A stretch of DNA of 64,000 nucleotides from an uncultured cyanobacterium (GCA_963749915.1 CAVVOP010000008.1:192001-256000), one strand, 5' to 3'; positions 1-10,247 are shown, numbered from the stretch's first letter. Notes: generated by a model not told the origin, from the letters alone. Numbers and translations: made by a program.

Positions 1-676
1 CCCCAAATTCTGAGGCAAAAATCTTCTGTTCCCGATCGCCTTGAACATCAATGCCGTGGTACCAATAAACAATTCCCTCATCTAAATCCTCGAACCTCAT
101 GTGTTCTCGCAAGTATTCTGTACCTGCCTCTGCCGCTTCTAGAAAATCATCATTTCCCGTCATCAGAAAAGCACTGGCAAAACCGTAAACCAAGCGAGAA
201 ATTGTATCGGTTTCTTGGCGAAAATTAGTTTCAGAACGAACACCCCCCAAAGAAAGACTGGTGCGATAAAAACGATAATCATATTCATCCGCGTCACCAA
301 ACTGAGCTTTGAGATAGAATTTGCCGAGAGAATTAATTTGATGTACCCACCAATTTTGTTTTTCAAAGACAAAATCATCTTTGTGACGACCGGCAAAAAC
401 CAACTGTTTAGCGTCAAAATAATCACTATCAGGATAAAAAACACCGTAAACAAAGACAAATCTGCCGGGTTCTAACATTGATCGCATTGTCCCTGTGGCG
501 TCAGGATAACCCTCATCAAAGTTTTGAATTAGCTTGGCAAACGCCATTTTACTTAATTTGACTTGATATTCCTGACCATCTGAGGTTTTAATACCAAAAG
601 TTTCTTGATCCGAATTGTAGTTAGTTACATAACCAGCAATGAGATCAGAAATAGGGGATTTAATGTTAATGCTCAT
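1..676 (-). CDS. AGE-family epimerase/isomerase (N-acylglucosamine 2-epimerase-like), 5' part; runs off the window
   Basis: Not in the ORF track. Hand translation from ATG at 676 is open to the edge: MSINIKSPISDLIAGYVTNYNS...RQETDTISRLVYGFASAFLMTGNDDFLEAAEAGTEYLREHMRF...WYHGIDV. The RQETDTISRLVYGFA motif is recalled from cyanobacterial AGE-family proteins. Co-oriented 42 bp downstream of the PfpI gene. Confidence 0.85.
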   Translation of the reverse strand, partial: MSINIKSPISDLIAGYVTNYNSDQETFGIKTSDGQEYQVKLSKMAFAKLIQNFDEGYPDATGTMRSMLEPGRFVFVYGVFYPDSDYFDAKQLVFAGRHKDDFVFEKQNWWVHQINSLGKFYLKAQFGDADEYDYRFYRTSLSLGGVRSETNFRQETDTISRLVYGFASAFLMTGNDDFLEAAEAGTEYLREHMRFEDLDEGIVYWYHGIDVQGDREQKIFASEFG

Positions 677-718
677 AATTTTTTACGTTATTCCATCCAA
701 TTTTTGTCAACAATTAAT

Positions 719-1312
719 TTATTTTTCCATTTCTGCTAAAAAAGCATCTAGGAATTGATCGACCACGCCGGGATGTTTCCCCGTAATTAAGTTGCCATCG
801 ATAACCAAATCAGCAGTTACATCATCAGGATCATAAACTACTTGCGCACCAGCATTTTCTACATCACAAATAATGTTATGAGCACAGGTAACTTTTTTAT
901 TTTTTAGTAAATCTGGATCGGCACAAAATAACCATAAACTGTGACAAATTGTGCCTAATTTAGTTTTGTTGCCCGCCACTGCTTTGCGTAAAAACTCCAC
1001 GGCAGGGGCAGTATTTTTTTGTCCCTTTTTAACATTTACCTGATACCTTAACCTATCCATGGCATAAGCACCAATACAAATGATACCTTTATAATCTTCT
1101 GGTTGAACATTGTTGACTTCGGTTGTCACGGTAACATGATATTCTATTTGGTCATTTTCGGGATTGGAACCAAATTTTAAAGATTCATTTCCCCATAAAT
1201 GGGAGACATAATCTACTTCATAGCCATTTTCTGGAAAAAATTCGTTGAAACGCCTAAATTCTGTAGCATCAAAATGTTCTTCGATAAGAACGGCAATTTT
1301 TCCTTTAGACAT
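719..1312 (-). CDS. DJ-1/PfpI family (class I glutamine amidotransferase-like) protein
   Basis: KIAVLIEEHFDATE N-terminus, nucleophile elbow GTICHS, C-terminal DGNLITGKHP. Confidence 0.9.
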   Translation of the reverse strand: MSKGKIAVLIEEHFDATEFRRFNEFFPENGYEVDYVSHLWGNESLKFGSNPENDQIEYHVTVTTEVNNVQPEDYKGIICIGAYAMDRLRYQVNVKKGQKNTAPAVEFLRKAVAGNKTKLGTICHSLWLFCADPDLLKNKKVTCAHNIICDVENAGAQVVYDPDDVTADLVIDGNLITGKHPGVVDQFLDAFLAEMEK

Positions 1313-1597
1313 TTTGTTTATGTTTTGCCTGTTTAATAAATTTAACTTGTTAAAGAATTACCTAGGTACGAAAAAAAACCAGTAATTCTGAGCTATCGCA
1401 ACCCAAAGTAAAGCCGACTAATAAATAAACAAGAAAGACTTCATCAAGATCCGCGAATATACTGAAAAAAATAACGTTTTTTCACTCAGTACATTCTAGG
1501 TTATTTAATTATTACTGGATCATTAAGAATTATTAAAAATGCGTTTTTTAAATAGAAGTTGTTTTTTATCCCAGTTTTCCCACGTCAAAAGGACTTT

Positions 1598-3250
1598 TTA
1601 AAAACTAAATATAGTTCTAAATCCTCCTACCACAATATCTTGGTTATCAGCATCTTGGTTAGGTGCGGTAATCCAAATTACATAAGGAGTTACTGAAATA
1701 TTATCATTAAATTGATGACGATAATAAGTTTCTATGTGAAGAGAAGTATCATTTTTGAATTCATTATAAGGTAAACCTGTCCTGACTCCTGTTAAAGTGG
1801 GTTCAACACCTACTACAACCCCCCCTAAATTTCCCTCTTTAAATAAGTCAGGAAAAGCCGCTTGAATGGAATATGTCCAAATCTCTGCATCCCCTTTACC
1901 AATTAATCTCGCATTGATGTAATTTCCCCAAGCACCAAGAGCGAATTTAGGATTAATTACATAATAGCCACCGACTTGATAAGCGTTAGTCGAAACCGCA
2001 GTCGCCTCATCAAAAAGAACATCAGCATCATCAAAACGGTTAGCTAAAGCTGTACCCACAAAACCATTACCTCTAAAAGATTGCCCATTATTAAAGCCAA
2101 AATTACCCGGTGCAAAGTAGCCATTTTGATAAAGTGCTTGTAAGAAAAATTTGGGAGTGGGATTATATTTAACTTCCGCTGCTGCCACATAATCGCCGTT
2201 AAATAAACCAATACTGGGGACATTACCCAAACTTGCCTGATAGGTTAAGTTAATGACGGTGGAATCAAAGAGTTTATAGGTTAAAGATGCACCTCCGCTT
2301 CCTCCTCCCACTAAATAAATAGGTGGTGCAGTGGCAAAAGCACTAACAGGACCTTTTCCAAAGTTGTAATCGGTAACGAAATTAGGTAAAAAAGTAGGTG
2401 CAAAACTAAAACGATTTACCCCGATAACAGTCATTCTCAAATTGTCTGTAATGGGAAAGTCGTACTGCAAGTTGATTAAACGGACATCATTATTCAAATC
2501 TCCTGCCGATGCCGCATAGGCTGAACCTTCTCTGGTTGATCCCACAAATCGATTATTATTAGTTACGGCTAATTCTGGAAAAGCTGTATTGGTTGAGGCA
2601 ATTCCCGTAAGTAATGTATCTTTACCTGTAAAACTGGTAATCATACCCAAAAAAGCATTGTATTGCATATTTGCTTGGGCGTTATCTCCAGACAGATAGA
2701 AATTATTTTGCACCACTATATTTCCTAATAGTTTCGTGGTGGTAGAAAATTGATAATCCTCTAAAAAGGCAACTCTTGACTCTAAATTATCAATTTTTTG
2801 ACCAAGTTGAGTCAATTCAAATTCAAATTCTTGACTAAGTCTCTTTATTTTCTCTAAATCTTCTTTGATAATTGTTTCTTGTTGCGCAATTAAACGTTCT
2901 ATCTGCATGATACAAGCGTTTAACCCTGCTGCAAATTCATAACGACTTAAGGCACGATTACCTCTAAAAGTACTATCAGGATAACCAACTATACAACCGT
3001 ATCTTTCCACTAAACTTCGTAACGCTTCATAAGCCCAATCTGTGGGGGAAACATCCCTTAAATTAGAAACATTATTTATCTGTTTCATGGTTTCATCAGG
3101 AAGAACCTCAATACTAGAATCTAAGTCCAATTCATCGGAGAAATTTACAATTTCACCTCTTACATAACCGCCATTAATAGTGCTAGATAAACTAGCGAGA
3201 AAAACTATTCTTGTGATCCTATTTTTAAATAATTGTTGCAGGTCAAACAT
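1598..3250 (-). CDS. Cyanobacterial SLH-domain outer-membrane porin (OprB/iron-uptake porin family)
   Basis: SLH motif DVSPTDWAYEALRSLVERYGCIVGYPD, coiled coil, FSTTTKL, C-terminal RTIFSF. Confidence 0.92.
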   Translation of the reverse strand: MFDLQQLFKNRITRIVFLASLSSTINGGYVRGEIVNFSDELDLDSSIEVLPDETMKQINNVSNLRDVSPTDWAYEALRSLVERYGCIVGYPDSTFRGNRALSRYEFAAGLNACIMQIERLIAQQETIIKEDLEKIKRLSQEFEFELTQLGQKIDNLESRVAFLEDYQFSTTTKLLGNIVVQNNFYLSGDNAQANMQYNAFLGMITSFTGKDTLLTGIASTNTAFPELAVTNNNRFVGSTREGSAYAASAGDLNNDVRLINLQYDFPITDNLRMTVIGVNRFSFAPTFLPNFVTDYNFGKGPVSAFATAPPIYLVGGGSGGASLTYKLFDSTVINLTYQASLGNVPSIGLFNGDYVAAAEVKYNPTPKFFLQALYQNGYFAPGNFGFNNGQSFRGNGFVGTALANRFDDADVLFDEATAVSTNAYQVGGYYVINPKFALGAWGNYINARLIGKGDAEIWTYSIQAAFPDLFKEGNLGGVVVGVEPTLTGVRTGLPYNEFKNDTSLHIETYYRHQFNDNISVTPYVIWITAPNQDADNQDIVVGGFRTIFSF

Positions 3251-3418
3251 TTTTTTTCTTCACACCAATTTTTTTATATTATGATAATGTCTCAACTTAA
3301 TTTAAGTATTCACTTGTATGAAAACCATACAAAAGTTAATAATAATAGTAATCCTATTTTTTCAGATATTATATCGGTGTTAGTCAAAAAAAAATTATAT
3401 TTCTGTCGGGTTTAATTT

Positions 3419-4396
3419 ATGAGTAATTATCGTCTTCTCGAACAAAAATCTATTTATATTTCCATCATCGCAACCTTATCAATGGCAATTTTCGGTATTA
3501 GTGTAAGTATTCTAATTCAATCTGATGCGGTAATGCTTGACGGTATTTTTAATAGCATCAACTGTGCTATGGCGATCGCCTCTTTATGGATTACTAAATT
3601 GATTCAAAAACCAGAAAATAAATCCTTTAACTTCGGTTATTCAGGTTTTGTCCCACTACTTAACGTTTGTAAAGGGTTATTGGTTTTTGCGGTGTCCGTT
3701 TTTGCCTTAACTTCAGCTTTAATGGCTTTATTTCACGGTGGTACAGAAGCTAAAGCGGGAAAGGCTGTTATTTATGCGATAATTGCGGCTACGGTTTGTT
3801 TAACTGTCACAGTTATTCAAAAAGGATTAGCGAAAAAAACCAATTCTCCCATTGTCAAAGTTGACGCTCAAAATTGGTTCATTAACGGCATGATTTCCTT
3901 AGCGGTAGGGGTTTCTTTTGGAATTGCTACTTTTTTAGCCACAACTCCTTTGAAAGGTTTAGTTCCTTACGCTGATCCTCTAATCGTAACAATATTGGTA
4001 TTAATTGCCTTTCCTATTCCCGTAAGCGTTATTTTAATTAACTTAAAACAATTGATGTTAGGTTCTGCTAGTGAGGAAATACAAACCAAAGTCAAAGGTT
4101 TAGTAGAAGAATTTATCAATCAATATCCTTATGCCAGATACGCTTTAAGAATGACAGAAGTGGGGCAAGTTGTCTATCTTCATTTTTACTGGCTATTATC
4201 TCCTAATCATAATATTTCTGTCGCTGAACTAGATCAAATTCGTTTTGATATGATTAAACATATTACCCAAGAATATCCTAATATGACCATTGATATTATC
4301 TTTACCCAAGATCAGGAATGGTTTTTTGAAATGAATGATCATCGTGGGGTTACGTCTATTGAAAATCCCAAAACTATTACGGAAGATCGCAGATGA
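3419..4396 (+). CDS. Cation diffusion facilitator (CDF) family transporter
   Basis: About 6 TM segments, SDAVMLDGIF, FNFGY, DAQNWFIN, YADP, soluble C-terminal domain. Confidence 0.85.
   Translation: MSNYRLLEQKSIYISIIATLSMAIFGISVSILIQSDAVMLDGIFNSINCAMAIASLWITKLIQKPENKSFNFGYSGFVPLLNVCKGLLVFAVSVFALTSALMALFHGGTEAKAGKAVIYAIIAATVCLTVTVIQKGLAKKTNSPIVKVDAQNWFINGMISLAVGVSFGIATFLATTPLKGLVPYADPLIVTILVLIAFPIPVSVILINLKQLMLGSASEEIQTKVKGLVEEFINQYPYARYALRMTEVGQVVYLHFYWLLSPNHNISVAELDQIRFDMIKHITQEYPNMTIDIIFTQDQEWFFEMNDHRGVTSIENPKTITEDRR
3572..3579. repeat. HIP1 octamer GCGATCGC (one example; recurs across the window)
   Basis: Exact palindrome here and at e.g. 4518, 30753, 36842, 53663; hallmark of many cyanobacterial genomes. 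Confidence 0.9.
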
Positions 4397-4453
4397 GAAC
4401 CAAATCATAGTGTACGAAAACCTCAATATCAATATCAAAGAATAGATTTTTCC

Positions 4454-4912
4454 CTATTGCCCAAACAGTAGAAAATCTAAGGAGAATTTACCCGGTCCTA
4501 CAAAGAAAAACATAAGCGCGATCGCCAAATAAACCAGAGAAGTATCATAGGATTGTCCAGGCGCATCAGGTCTTTGTTTCATAAAAGGTACACCATTAGA
4601 TAAATATATAAATATTGCGATCGCCATTGAACCGGATAAACCTAAAGCCGCTAAAAATGTCAAAAAACCAGAAATCATCGCCACGCCACCTCCAAAGATA
4701 GTTACAGCACCTAATGCTTGGAAAAAAGAGGGTATTCCTGATGGTTTTGGTTTACCCATATCCATCCAACCCCAGGGATTTTTTAACATTGGTAAGCCGT
4801 AAAAAATCAGAGAAACACCCCAAATAACTCTTAAAATCAAAAGCCCTAATCCTTCTAAACCACCGTGAAATTCAGGCAAATATCTAGTTAAACTTTCTAC
4901 TTCTATAATCAT
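4454..4912 (-). CDS. DoxX family membrane protein
   Basis: LGLLILRVIWG start, about 4 TM segments, C-terminal GPGKFSLD. Confidence 0.88.
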   Translation of the reverse strand: MIIEVESLTRYLPEFHGGLEGLGLLILRVIWGVSLIFYGLPMLKNPWGWMDMGKPKPSGIPSFFQALGAVTIFGGGVAMISGFLTFLAALGLSGSMAIAIFIYLSNGVPFMKQRPDAPGQSYDTSLVYLAIALMFFFVGPGKFSLDFLLFGQ

Positions 4913-5012
4913 TTTCTAGCACAACATAAATTATCTTAGTTAATTATATAGACCATATTAAGAAATATTAAAATAAAGTTTTACTATTAAAACTATTAAC
5001 TAGAATATTGGC

Positions 5013-5066
5013 TAACATTAAAATCAATAACATTAAAATCAATAACATTAAAATCAATAACATTAA
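5013..5066. repeat. 15-bp tandem repeat (TAACATTAAAATCAA x3.6)
   Basis: Perfect units at 5013, 5028 and 5043, partial unit at 5058; lies in the divergent DoxX/EthD intergenic region. Confidence 0.9.
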
Positions 5067-5202
5067 TTAGTCTAATTTATTGCTACTTGATTTATGTGAT
5101 CCCTAAAAATCAATTGAATTTCTCCCGTTAAAAAATTGAATATCTTACTGTAGAAAAAGGTTTTTAAGCCAAAAACGTTAATTGCTAATCAAGGATGCTT
5201 TC

Positions 5203-6729
5203 ATGATTTCAACTATCAATCAATCTACTCAGGTAGATTATGCCACCAGAGATCAACAAGGAAAAGTTACCTTTTATGTGCTGTTGTGGAAAAGAGAGGG
5301 TATATCTCTAGAATTATTCGATGAATACTGGAAAGATGTTCATGGTCCAGTTTGTGCTAGATTACCCGGACAGTATCAATATTGGCAATTTCATGTTGCC
5401 CACAATGAAGGTGGTTTTTGTCCTCAAATTCCGGGTATAGTCTCTCAAAGCCCCCTAGAAGATAATTTTGACGGTATCGCTGAACTAACTTTTAAGAATG
5501 AAAGTGATCGTAACACATGGTTTACGGCCGCCGGTATGCTGATGGATGATGAGCATAATCTGTTCAAGAAAGCCATTGGTTATACCACCAGTCAGGGTAA
5601 TTCCATTACTTATGTTGACCGCATTGCCGATGGTACACCGAACGGCAACACGGGAATAGTCAAATTTCATGTGATGGTGAAAAGAAAATCTAGTGTTCCT
5701 AAAGATGCTTTTCGTCGTTATCTTAAAGATACTTTCGCACCCAACATTGTCAAAAGCGATTCCCTCTTAAAATTTAGATTACATCTATTCGATGACATTG
5801 ATAACTCTCGTCCTGATGCCGCAGGGGTTATTCATTCTGAGGCCCAGGGTAAAGAATATGATGGGGCTTACGAAATTGCTTTTGTCAATCAACTAGAGCG
5901 AGAAAAATTCTTTGCTTCTGTTGAATATAACCAAGGCATTCAAAGTGCATCTCAATATATACAACAAATTTGCCCCTTTCCTGAACGCACTGCATATACT
6001 TTTGTCTATGAAGGAAAAATGACCCTTGCGGGACAAAGAAGTTCCTCCGTTGCAGAGTTAATCACGGAAATCGGTGCAGTGAATCAGATTAAACCTGATA
6101 TTACCGAATTAATGTTACATCAAAAATTAGGAAATCAAGCCACGTCAAATAACAATAAGTCAATGAAAAAAAGAACCAATTATTATCAAGGATTGTCAGC
6201 GGATTATTCTCGTCCGGGGTTAGTTACTGCTTACGTTGCTCAAAAATTAATCGAAGATGCAGTAAAAATTGTCGCCATGAAAGAGCCAATTCTACCAGAA
6301 ATTAGCCCCAGCTATACATTAGCCCAAATTGAGCAAGAAAATAAAGATTGGTGGCCCACCCATTGCGAAGCCTTGAGACAGGGGAGAGGGGATATTTTAA
6401 CAGGAGAATATCGAGATGATTTAATTTATCTTTGTCAAGATGGCCCCTATTTTGGTTTGAATGAGCAAAGAGAGAGAGAAAAACATTGGTGGGCTTTGAT
6501 TGCACAACCTAACGTCACCATGTGTTGGCCCATTGTCATGTTTTCTGGGGAACATACTTATTTTGAGTGGAAATGTGTTGACGATGAAACTAACGAAACC
6601 TTAGCCAAAGGTAACGTCACTTGGGTAAGACGAGGACACAGAGGGGCTTGTTATCTCAAAACTGAGCAGTTAACCTTCTATCGTGATGTATTTGCACCTA
6701 GTGAATTAATTGAGTTAATAACCACTTAA
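5203..6729 (+). CDS. EthD-domain protein (tandem dimeric alpha-beta barrel) fused to a C-terminal NTF2-like domain
   Basis: KREGISLELFDEYWKDVHGPV and FDGIAEL EthD motifs; second unit DAFRRYLKD...YDGAYEI. A linker precedes a separate domain starting MKKRTNYY (6163). ATG 5203 preferred over TTG 5182 (AAGGA upstream). Confidence 0.75.
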   Translation: MISTINQSTQVDYATRDQQGKVTFYVLLWKREGISLELFDEYWKDVHGPVCARLPGQYQYWQFHVAHNEGGFCPQIPGIVSQSPLEDNFDGIAELTFKNESDRNTWFTAAGMLMDDEHNLFKKAIGYTTSQGNSITYVDRIADGTPNGNTGIVKFHVMVKRKSSVPKDAFRRYLKDTFAPNIVKSDSLLKFRLHLFDDIDNSRPDAAGVIHSEAQGKEYDGAYEIAFVNQLEREKFFASVEYNQGIQSASQYIQQICPFPERTAYTFVYEGKMTLAGQRSSSVAELITEIGAVNQIKPDITELMLHQKLGNQATSNNNKSMKKRTNYYQGLSADYSRPGLVTAYVAQKLIEDAVKIVAMKEPILPEISPSYTLAQIEQENKDWWPTHCEALRQGRGDILTGEYRDDLIYLCQDGPYFGLNEQREREKHWWALIAQPNVTMCWPIVMFSGEHTYFEWKCVDDETNETLAKGNVTWVRRGHRGACYLKTEQLTFYRDVFAPSELIELITT

Positions 6730-6840
6730 AAAAGGTAAAAGGCACAAGGGATATAAGTGTTTAGTATATTACATTTTCTTAATAGTTCCTTGCCCTCACA
6801 AGTAAGTTTAGATACCAACCGAATTACTAAATATGCGATA

Positions 6841-7200
6841 ATGACAGAACAATCTTATTACAAAAATGCGGTCCTCGACGATTTGGAATTGCAAGAGGCT
6901 TTGAAAGGCATTAACCCCCAGTTTGGGGATTTCGTCACCAGAGTAGCGGGTGAGGCGTGGGGATTACCCTTAATTGACCAAAAAACCAAGGCTTTAATCA
7001 CGATCGCTATCGATGTAATAAATCAAAGTCAAAACGGCCCAGGTAGCCCTTTTGGTGCTCATGTGTCCATGGCAATGAAACAAGGTGCAACCAGAGAGGA
7101 AATCGAGGAGTTATTATTATTTCTTTGTCCTTATACTGGTTTCAATAAAGCGGCTGGTTGCTTTGGTGCTTTAAACGATTTTTTTTCTCAATCCCAGTAG
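6841..7200 (+). CDS. Carboxymuconolactone decarboxylase/AhpD-like protein
   Basis: IDQKTKALITIA...HVSMAMKQGATREEIEE...YTGFNKA. ATG 6841 preferred to GTG 6757. Confidence 0.88.
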   Translation: MTEQSYYKNAVLDDLELQEALKGINPQFGDFVTRVAGEAWGLPLIDQKTKALITIAIDVINQSQNGPGSPFGAHVSMAMKQGATREEIEELLLFLCPYTGFNKAAGCFGALNDFFSQSQ

Positions 7201-7211
7201 AGGATAAGCCT

Positions 7212-10200
7212 ATGACTTTAACGATGACCCAAACTAATTATGCCTCAAGAGATCAAGAAGGGAAAGTTGCCTTTTATGTCCTTCTTTGGAAACGAGAAGG
7301 TATCCCTCTTGATTTATTTGATAACTATTGGAAAGATGTTCATGGTCCGGTATGTGCCAGATTACCTGGACAACACCAATATTGGCAGTTTCATGTTGCC
7401 CACAGTGAAAATGGTTTGTTCCCAAATCTTAATGGTTCAAATTCCTATTTTGACCCCCAAGATAATTTTGACGGCATTGCTGAATTGACTTTCAAAAATG
7501 AAAGTGATCGCAATACTTGGTTCACGGCGGCGGGGATTCTCATGGATGATGAACGCAATCTCTTTAAAAAGGCGATCGGTTATACCACCAGTCCTGGTAA
7601 CTCTATTACTTATGTGGATAGCATTGCCAACGGGGCACCTAACGGGGTTGTGGATGCAGTTAAATTCCATGTGATGGTGAAAAAAGACCCCCATGTGAGT
7701 GTAGAAAATTTCCGTAATTATTTACGCAACATCTTTGCCCCCAAAGTTAGCCAATCTTCGTCAGTCCTCAAATTTCGTTTACACCTGTTTGACGCCATTG
7801 ATAATTCTCGCCCCGATGCCCCCGGAGTAATCCATTCCGAGAGTCAAGGTAAAGAATATGATGGAGCGTTTGAAATTGCCTTTGCTAACCAATTAGAGCG
7901 AGAAAAATTCTTTGCTTCCCCAGAATATCAACAGGCAATTCAACAAGCAGGGCAATATCTACAATTAATTCGCCCCTTCCCTGAACGCACTGCCTATACT
8001 TTCGTGTATGACGGCAAAATGACTTTAGCGGGGGAAAGAAGCGCGAAGGTATCAGAATTAATTGCTCATATTGGAGCAACTAACCAATTACAACCAGATA
8101 TAACTAATCTTATGCTCAGTGGTACTTATCAAAACGGACAATCTGTAGCTAATAACGGTAGCGGTAACAAAAAAGTATTTTTAGATACTACGCTTCAAGC
8201 CTCTCAAAGATCCATCGCTCAACACCTACAGGGGGTTCAGCATTTTGGGATCACCGTTAATAACCTTGATCTCGCCCTCGAATTTTATCTTGAAGTTTTA
8301 GGAGGTAAATTGGCCATCGCTGGTGATGGCTTTGTCGGTGACGAATTACATAATCTTCTCTTCCAAAAAGAAGAAATAGAGGCCAAAGAAAAAGGAATTA
8401 GCCTTGAATCCGTAGGTGTTCCTAGTATTCGAGACGGTAGCAAAGAAGCCTTAGACGTGCGCTTTATCTCCTTTGGTAATACTTGTGTGGAATTAATCCA
8501 CTTCCGCAATGCTCATCTTGATGCTCATGCCCCCAATGCCTTTGATGCCATTCCTTCGGGTATTGGCCATGTAAACGCCCCTCATATCTCCTTCTTTGTC
8601 AAAGATGATGTGGATTTGAACGAATTCGCCCAAATGTTGGAGGAAGAATGTCATCGCCGAGGCATGACTAATGTAGTGGCTAATCGTACCATCGAACTTA
8701 CCTCGGAACAAGCAAGGGAAAAAGCACCCCATATCTACGCTAAAACAGAGTTTCCGGGGGATTTTGACGGTTGGGCATTATTTTATTGTAAAGGACCTAA
8801 CGGTGAACAATTAGAATTTAACCAAGTCAGACGTACTGCCAAGGCAAACTTTACCCGTGCCCAAAAAGAATATAACCTCGCTAACAATAGTAACTATTGG
8901 GGTTTGAATGGCAGGGGATTTAGTGAAAGCAATAAGGAGTTAGTGGCTAACTACAGCATCCCTGTTAATGCTAGTTCTGAATTAGTCTGGAAAATTCTCT
9001 TAGATAAAATCGAGAATCCGGGTAACTATATGCCTTCTCCTGTGGAATATACCAAAACCCTAGAGAAATATAGTGACGGGATGTTGAGGGAAGTAAAAAC
9101 CTCTCAAATGCTTGTCAGAGAAAGAATTACCATTGATGAAGCCAATCGGATCATCACATACGATATTCTCAACTATCCGATGTTTCAGCCCCGCTTTGTC
9201 AATCAGGTAGTTCAACCTCAAGAACAGGGAAAACAATCGCTACCCATGCTGATTAATGCTTTTCAACTAACCCCCATTGCTGAAGGTGCTTTAGAGTTAC
9301 CCGAAGCTCAACCTTTTGTCCACGCCGCTAATCCAAAATTTATTGAACAAGCGACGTTACACATTAAAAACATTATTGAACAACAAAACCCGGTAAATAC
9401 CATGACTCAAGCTGCTGCTACCATTCAACCTACTTCCACCGAAGGAAGATTATGTCAAATTGTCCGTCAAATGTTCCTTGCAGGGGAATCAATGAATGTC
9501 GAAAATTTTGTTAAATTCTACACCGAAGATGCTCACTACCAATTTAGTAATTTTCCTGTAGCCTACGGACCTCAAGGCATCAAGGATTCATCCCAAGGCT
9601 TTTTGCAAATGGTGGCTAAAGTTTATCACCATATCATGAAAATGTGGGAAGTAGGCAACACCGTTATTTGTGAAATGGAAGTTACTTATGTCCGTCATGA
9701 TGGTAAAGTTTTCCGTCTGCCCTGTTGCGATACCATCGTCTTTAAAGGGGATAAGGTGCAAGAATTACGCATCTTTATGGATATTAGCCCTGTATTCAAT
9801 ACCCCTCAAGTGGGCTCAGAAGAAGGAGAACCAGTTTTGCCCAAAGGAACGATTAGTGCAATTTTAGGCAAAATGTATGAGGCTTTACACGCTAGTAATT
9901 GGGAAGAATTTAAAACCTTCTTTACCGATGATGTTCTCTATAAAATTGGTGCAAATGATCCTGTAATTGGTCCAGAAGCGATCGCTGGGTTATTGCAACA
10001 CATTTATAAAACCCTTAAACTTACCACCCATAACCAACGAGGATTCTGGGAAGTCGGCAATACCATCATTTTAGAAATGGATGCTAATTATGTCAATAAA
10101 AAAGACAAAACTTTTGTACAAGTTCCCTGTACCGACATTTACCGTTTTGATGGGGAAAAAATTTACGAATGGCGTGTTTATCCCGACGCTTCTAAAACAG

Positions 10201-10214
10201 GAGTTGTCTTATAG
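7212..10214 (+). CDS. Multidomain fusion: EthD x2, VOC/glyoxalase, SRPBCC (AtaL/DUF1857-like), SnoaL/NTF2-like x2
   Basis: N-terminal ~290 aa paralogous to 5203. VOC motifs QHFGITVNNLDLALEFY, VELIHF, HISFFV, GEQLEF. SRPBCC-like VNASSELVWKILLDKIENP. Two NTF2 repeats FYTEDA...PCCDTIVF..RIFMD and FFTDDV...PCTDIYRF..RVYPD. ATG 7212 follows AGAGGA. Confidence 0.8.
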   Translation: MTLTMTQTNYASRDQEGKVAFYVLLWKREGIPLDLFDNYWKDVHGPVCARLPGQHQYWQFHVAHSENGLFPNLNGSNSYFDPQDNFDGIAELTFKNESDRNTWFTAAGILMDDERNLFKKAIGYTTSPGNSITYVDSIANGAPNGVVDAVKFHVMVKKDPHVSVENFRNYLRNIFAPKVSQSSSVLKFRLHLFDAIDNSRPDAPGVIHSESQGKEYDGAFEIAFANQLEREKFFASPEYQQAIQQAGQYLQLIRPFPERTAYTFVYDGKMTLAGERSAKVSELIAHIGATNQLQPDITNLMLSGTYQNGQSVANNGSGNKKVFLDTTLQASQRSIAQHLQGVQHFGITVNNLDLALEFYLEVLGGKLAIAGDGFVGDELHNLLFQKEEIEAKEKGISLESVGVPSIRDGSKEALDVRFISFGNTCVELIHFRNAHLDAHAPNAFDAIPSGIGHVNAPHISFFVKDDVDLNEFAQMLEEECHRRGMTNVVANRTIELTSEQAREKAPHIYAKTEFPGDFDGWALFYCKGPNGEQLEFNQVRRTAKANFTRAQKEYNLANNSNYWGLNGRGFSESNKELVANYSIPVNASSELVWKILLDKIENPGNYMPSPVEYTKTLEKYSDGMLREVKTSQMLVRERITIDEANRIITYDILNYPMFQPRFVNQVVQPQEQGKQSLPMLINAFQLTPIAEGALELPEAQPFVHAANPKFIEQATLHIKNIIEQQNPVNTMTQAAATIQPTSTEGRLCQIVRQMFLAGESMNVENFVKFYTEDAHYQFSNFPVAYGPQGIKDSSQGFLQMVAKVYHHIMKMWEVGNTVICEMEVTYVRHDGKVFRLPCCDTIVFKGDKVQELRIFMDISPVFNTPQVGSEEGEPVLPKGTISAILGKMYEALHASNWEEFKTFFTDDVLYKIGANDPVIGPEAIAGLLQHIYKTLKLTTHNQRGFWEVGNTIILEMDANYVNKKDKTFVQVPCTDIYRFDGEKIYEWRVYPDASKTGVVL

Positions 10215-10229
10215 CATTGCTTTTTCAAA

Positions 10230-10247
10230 AAGGGGTTTAAACCCCTT
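10230..10247. terminator. Perfect 18-bp palindrome AAGGGGTTTAAACCCCTT after the EthD operon (terminator or REP-like)
   Basis: Self-complementary, 15 bp after the stop codon; no clean poly-U tail on the + strand. Confidence 0.5.

Noticed and set aside
163..475. Tracked ORFs 163-459 (-) and 215-475 (+)
   Set aside because: Shadow frames of the AGE epimerase running from 676 off the window edge.
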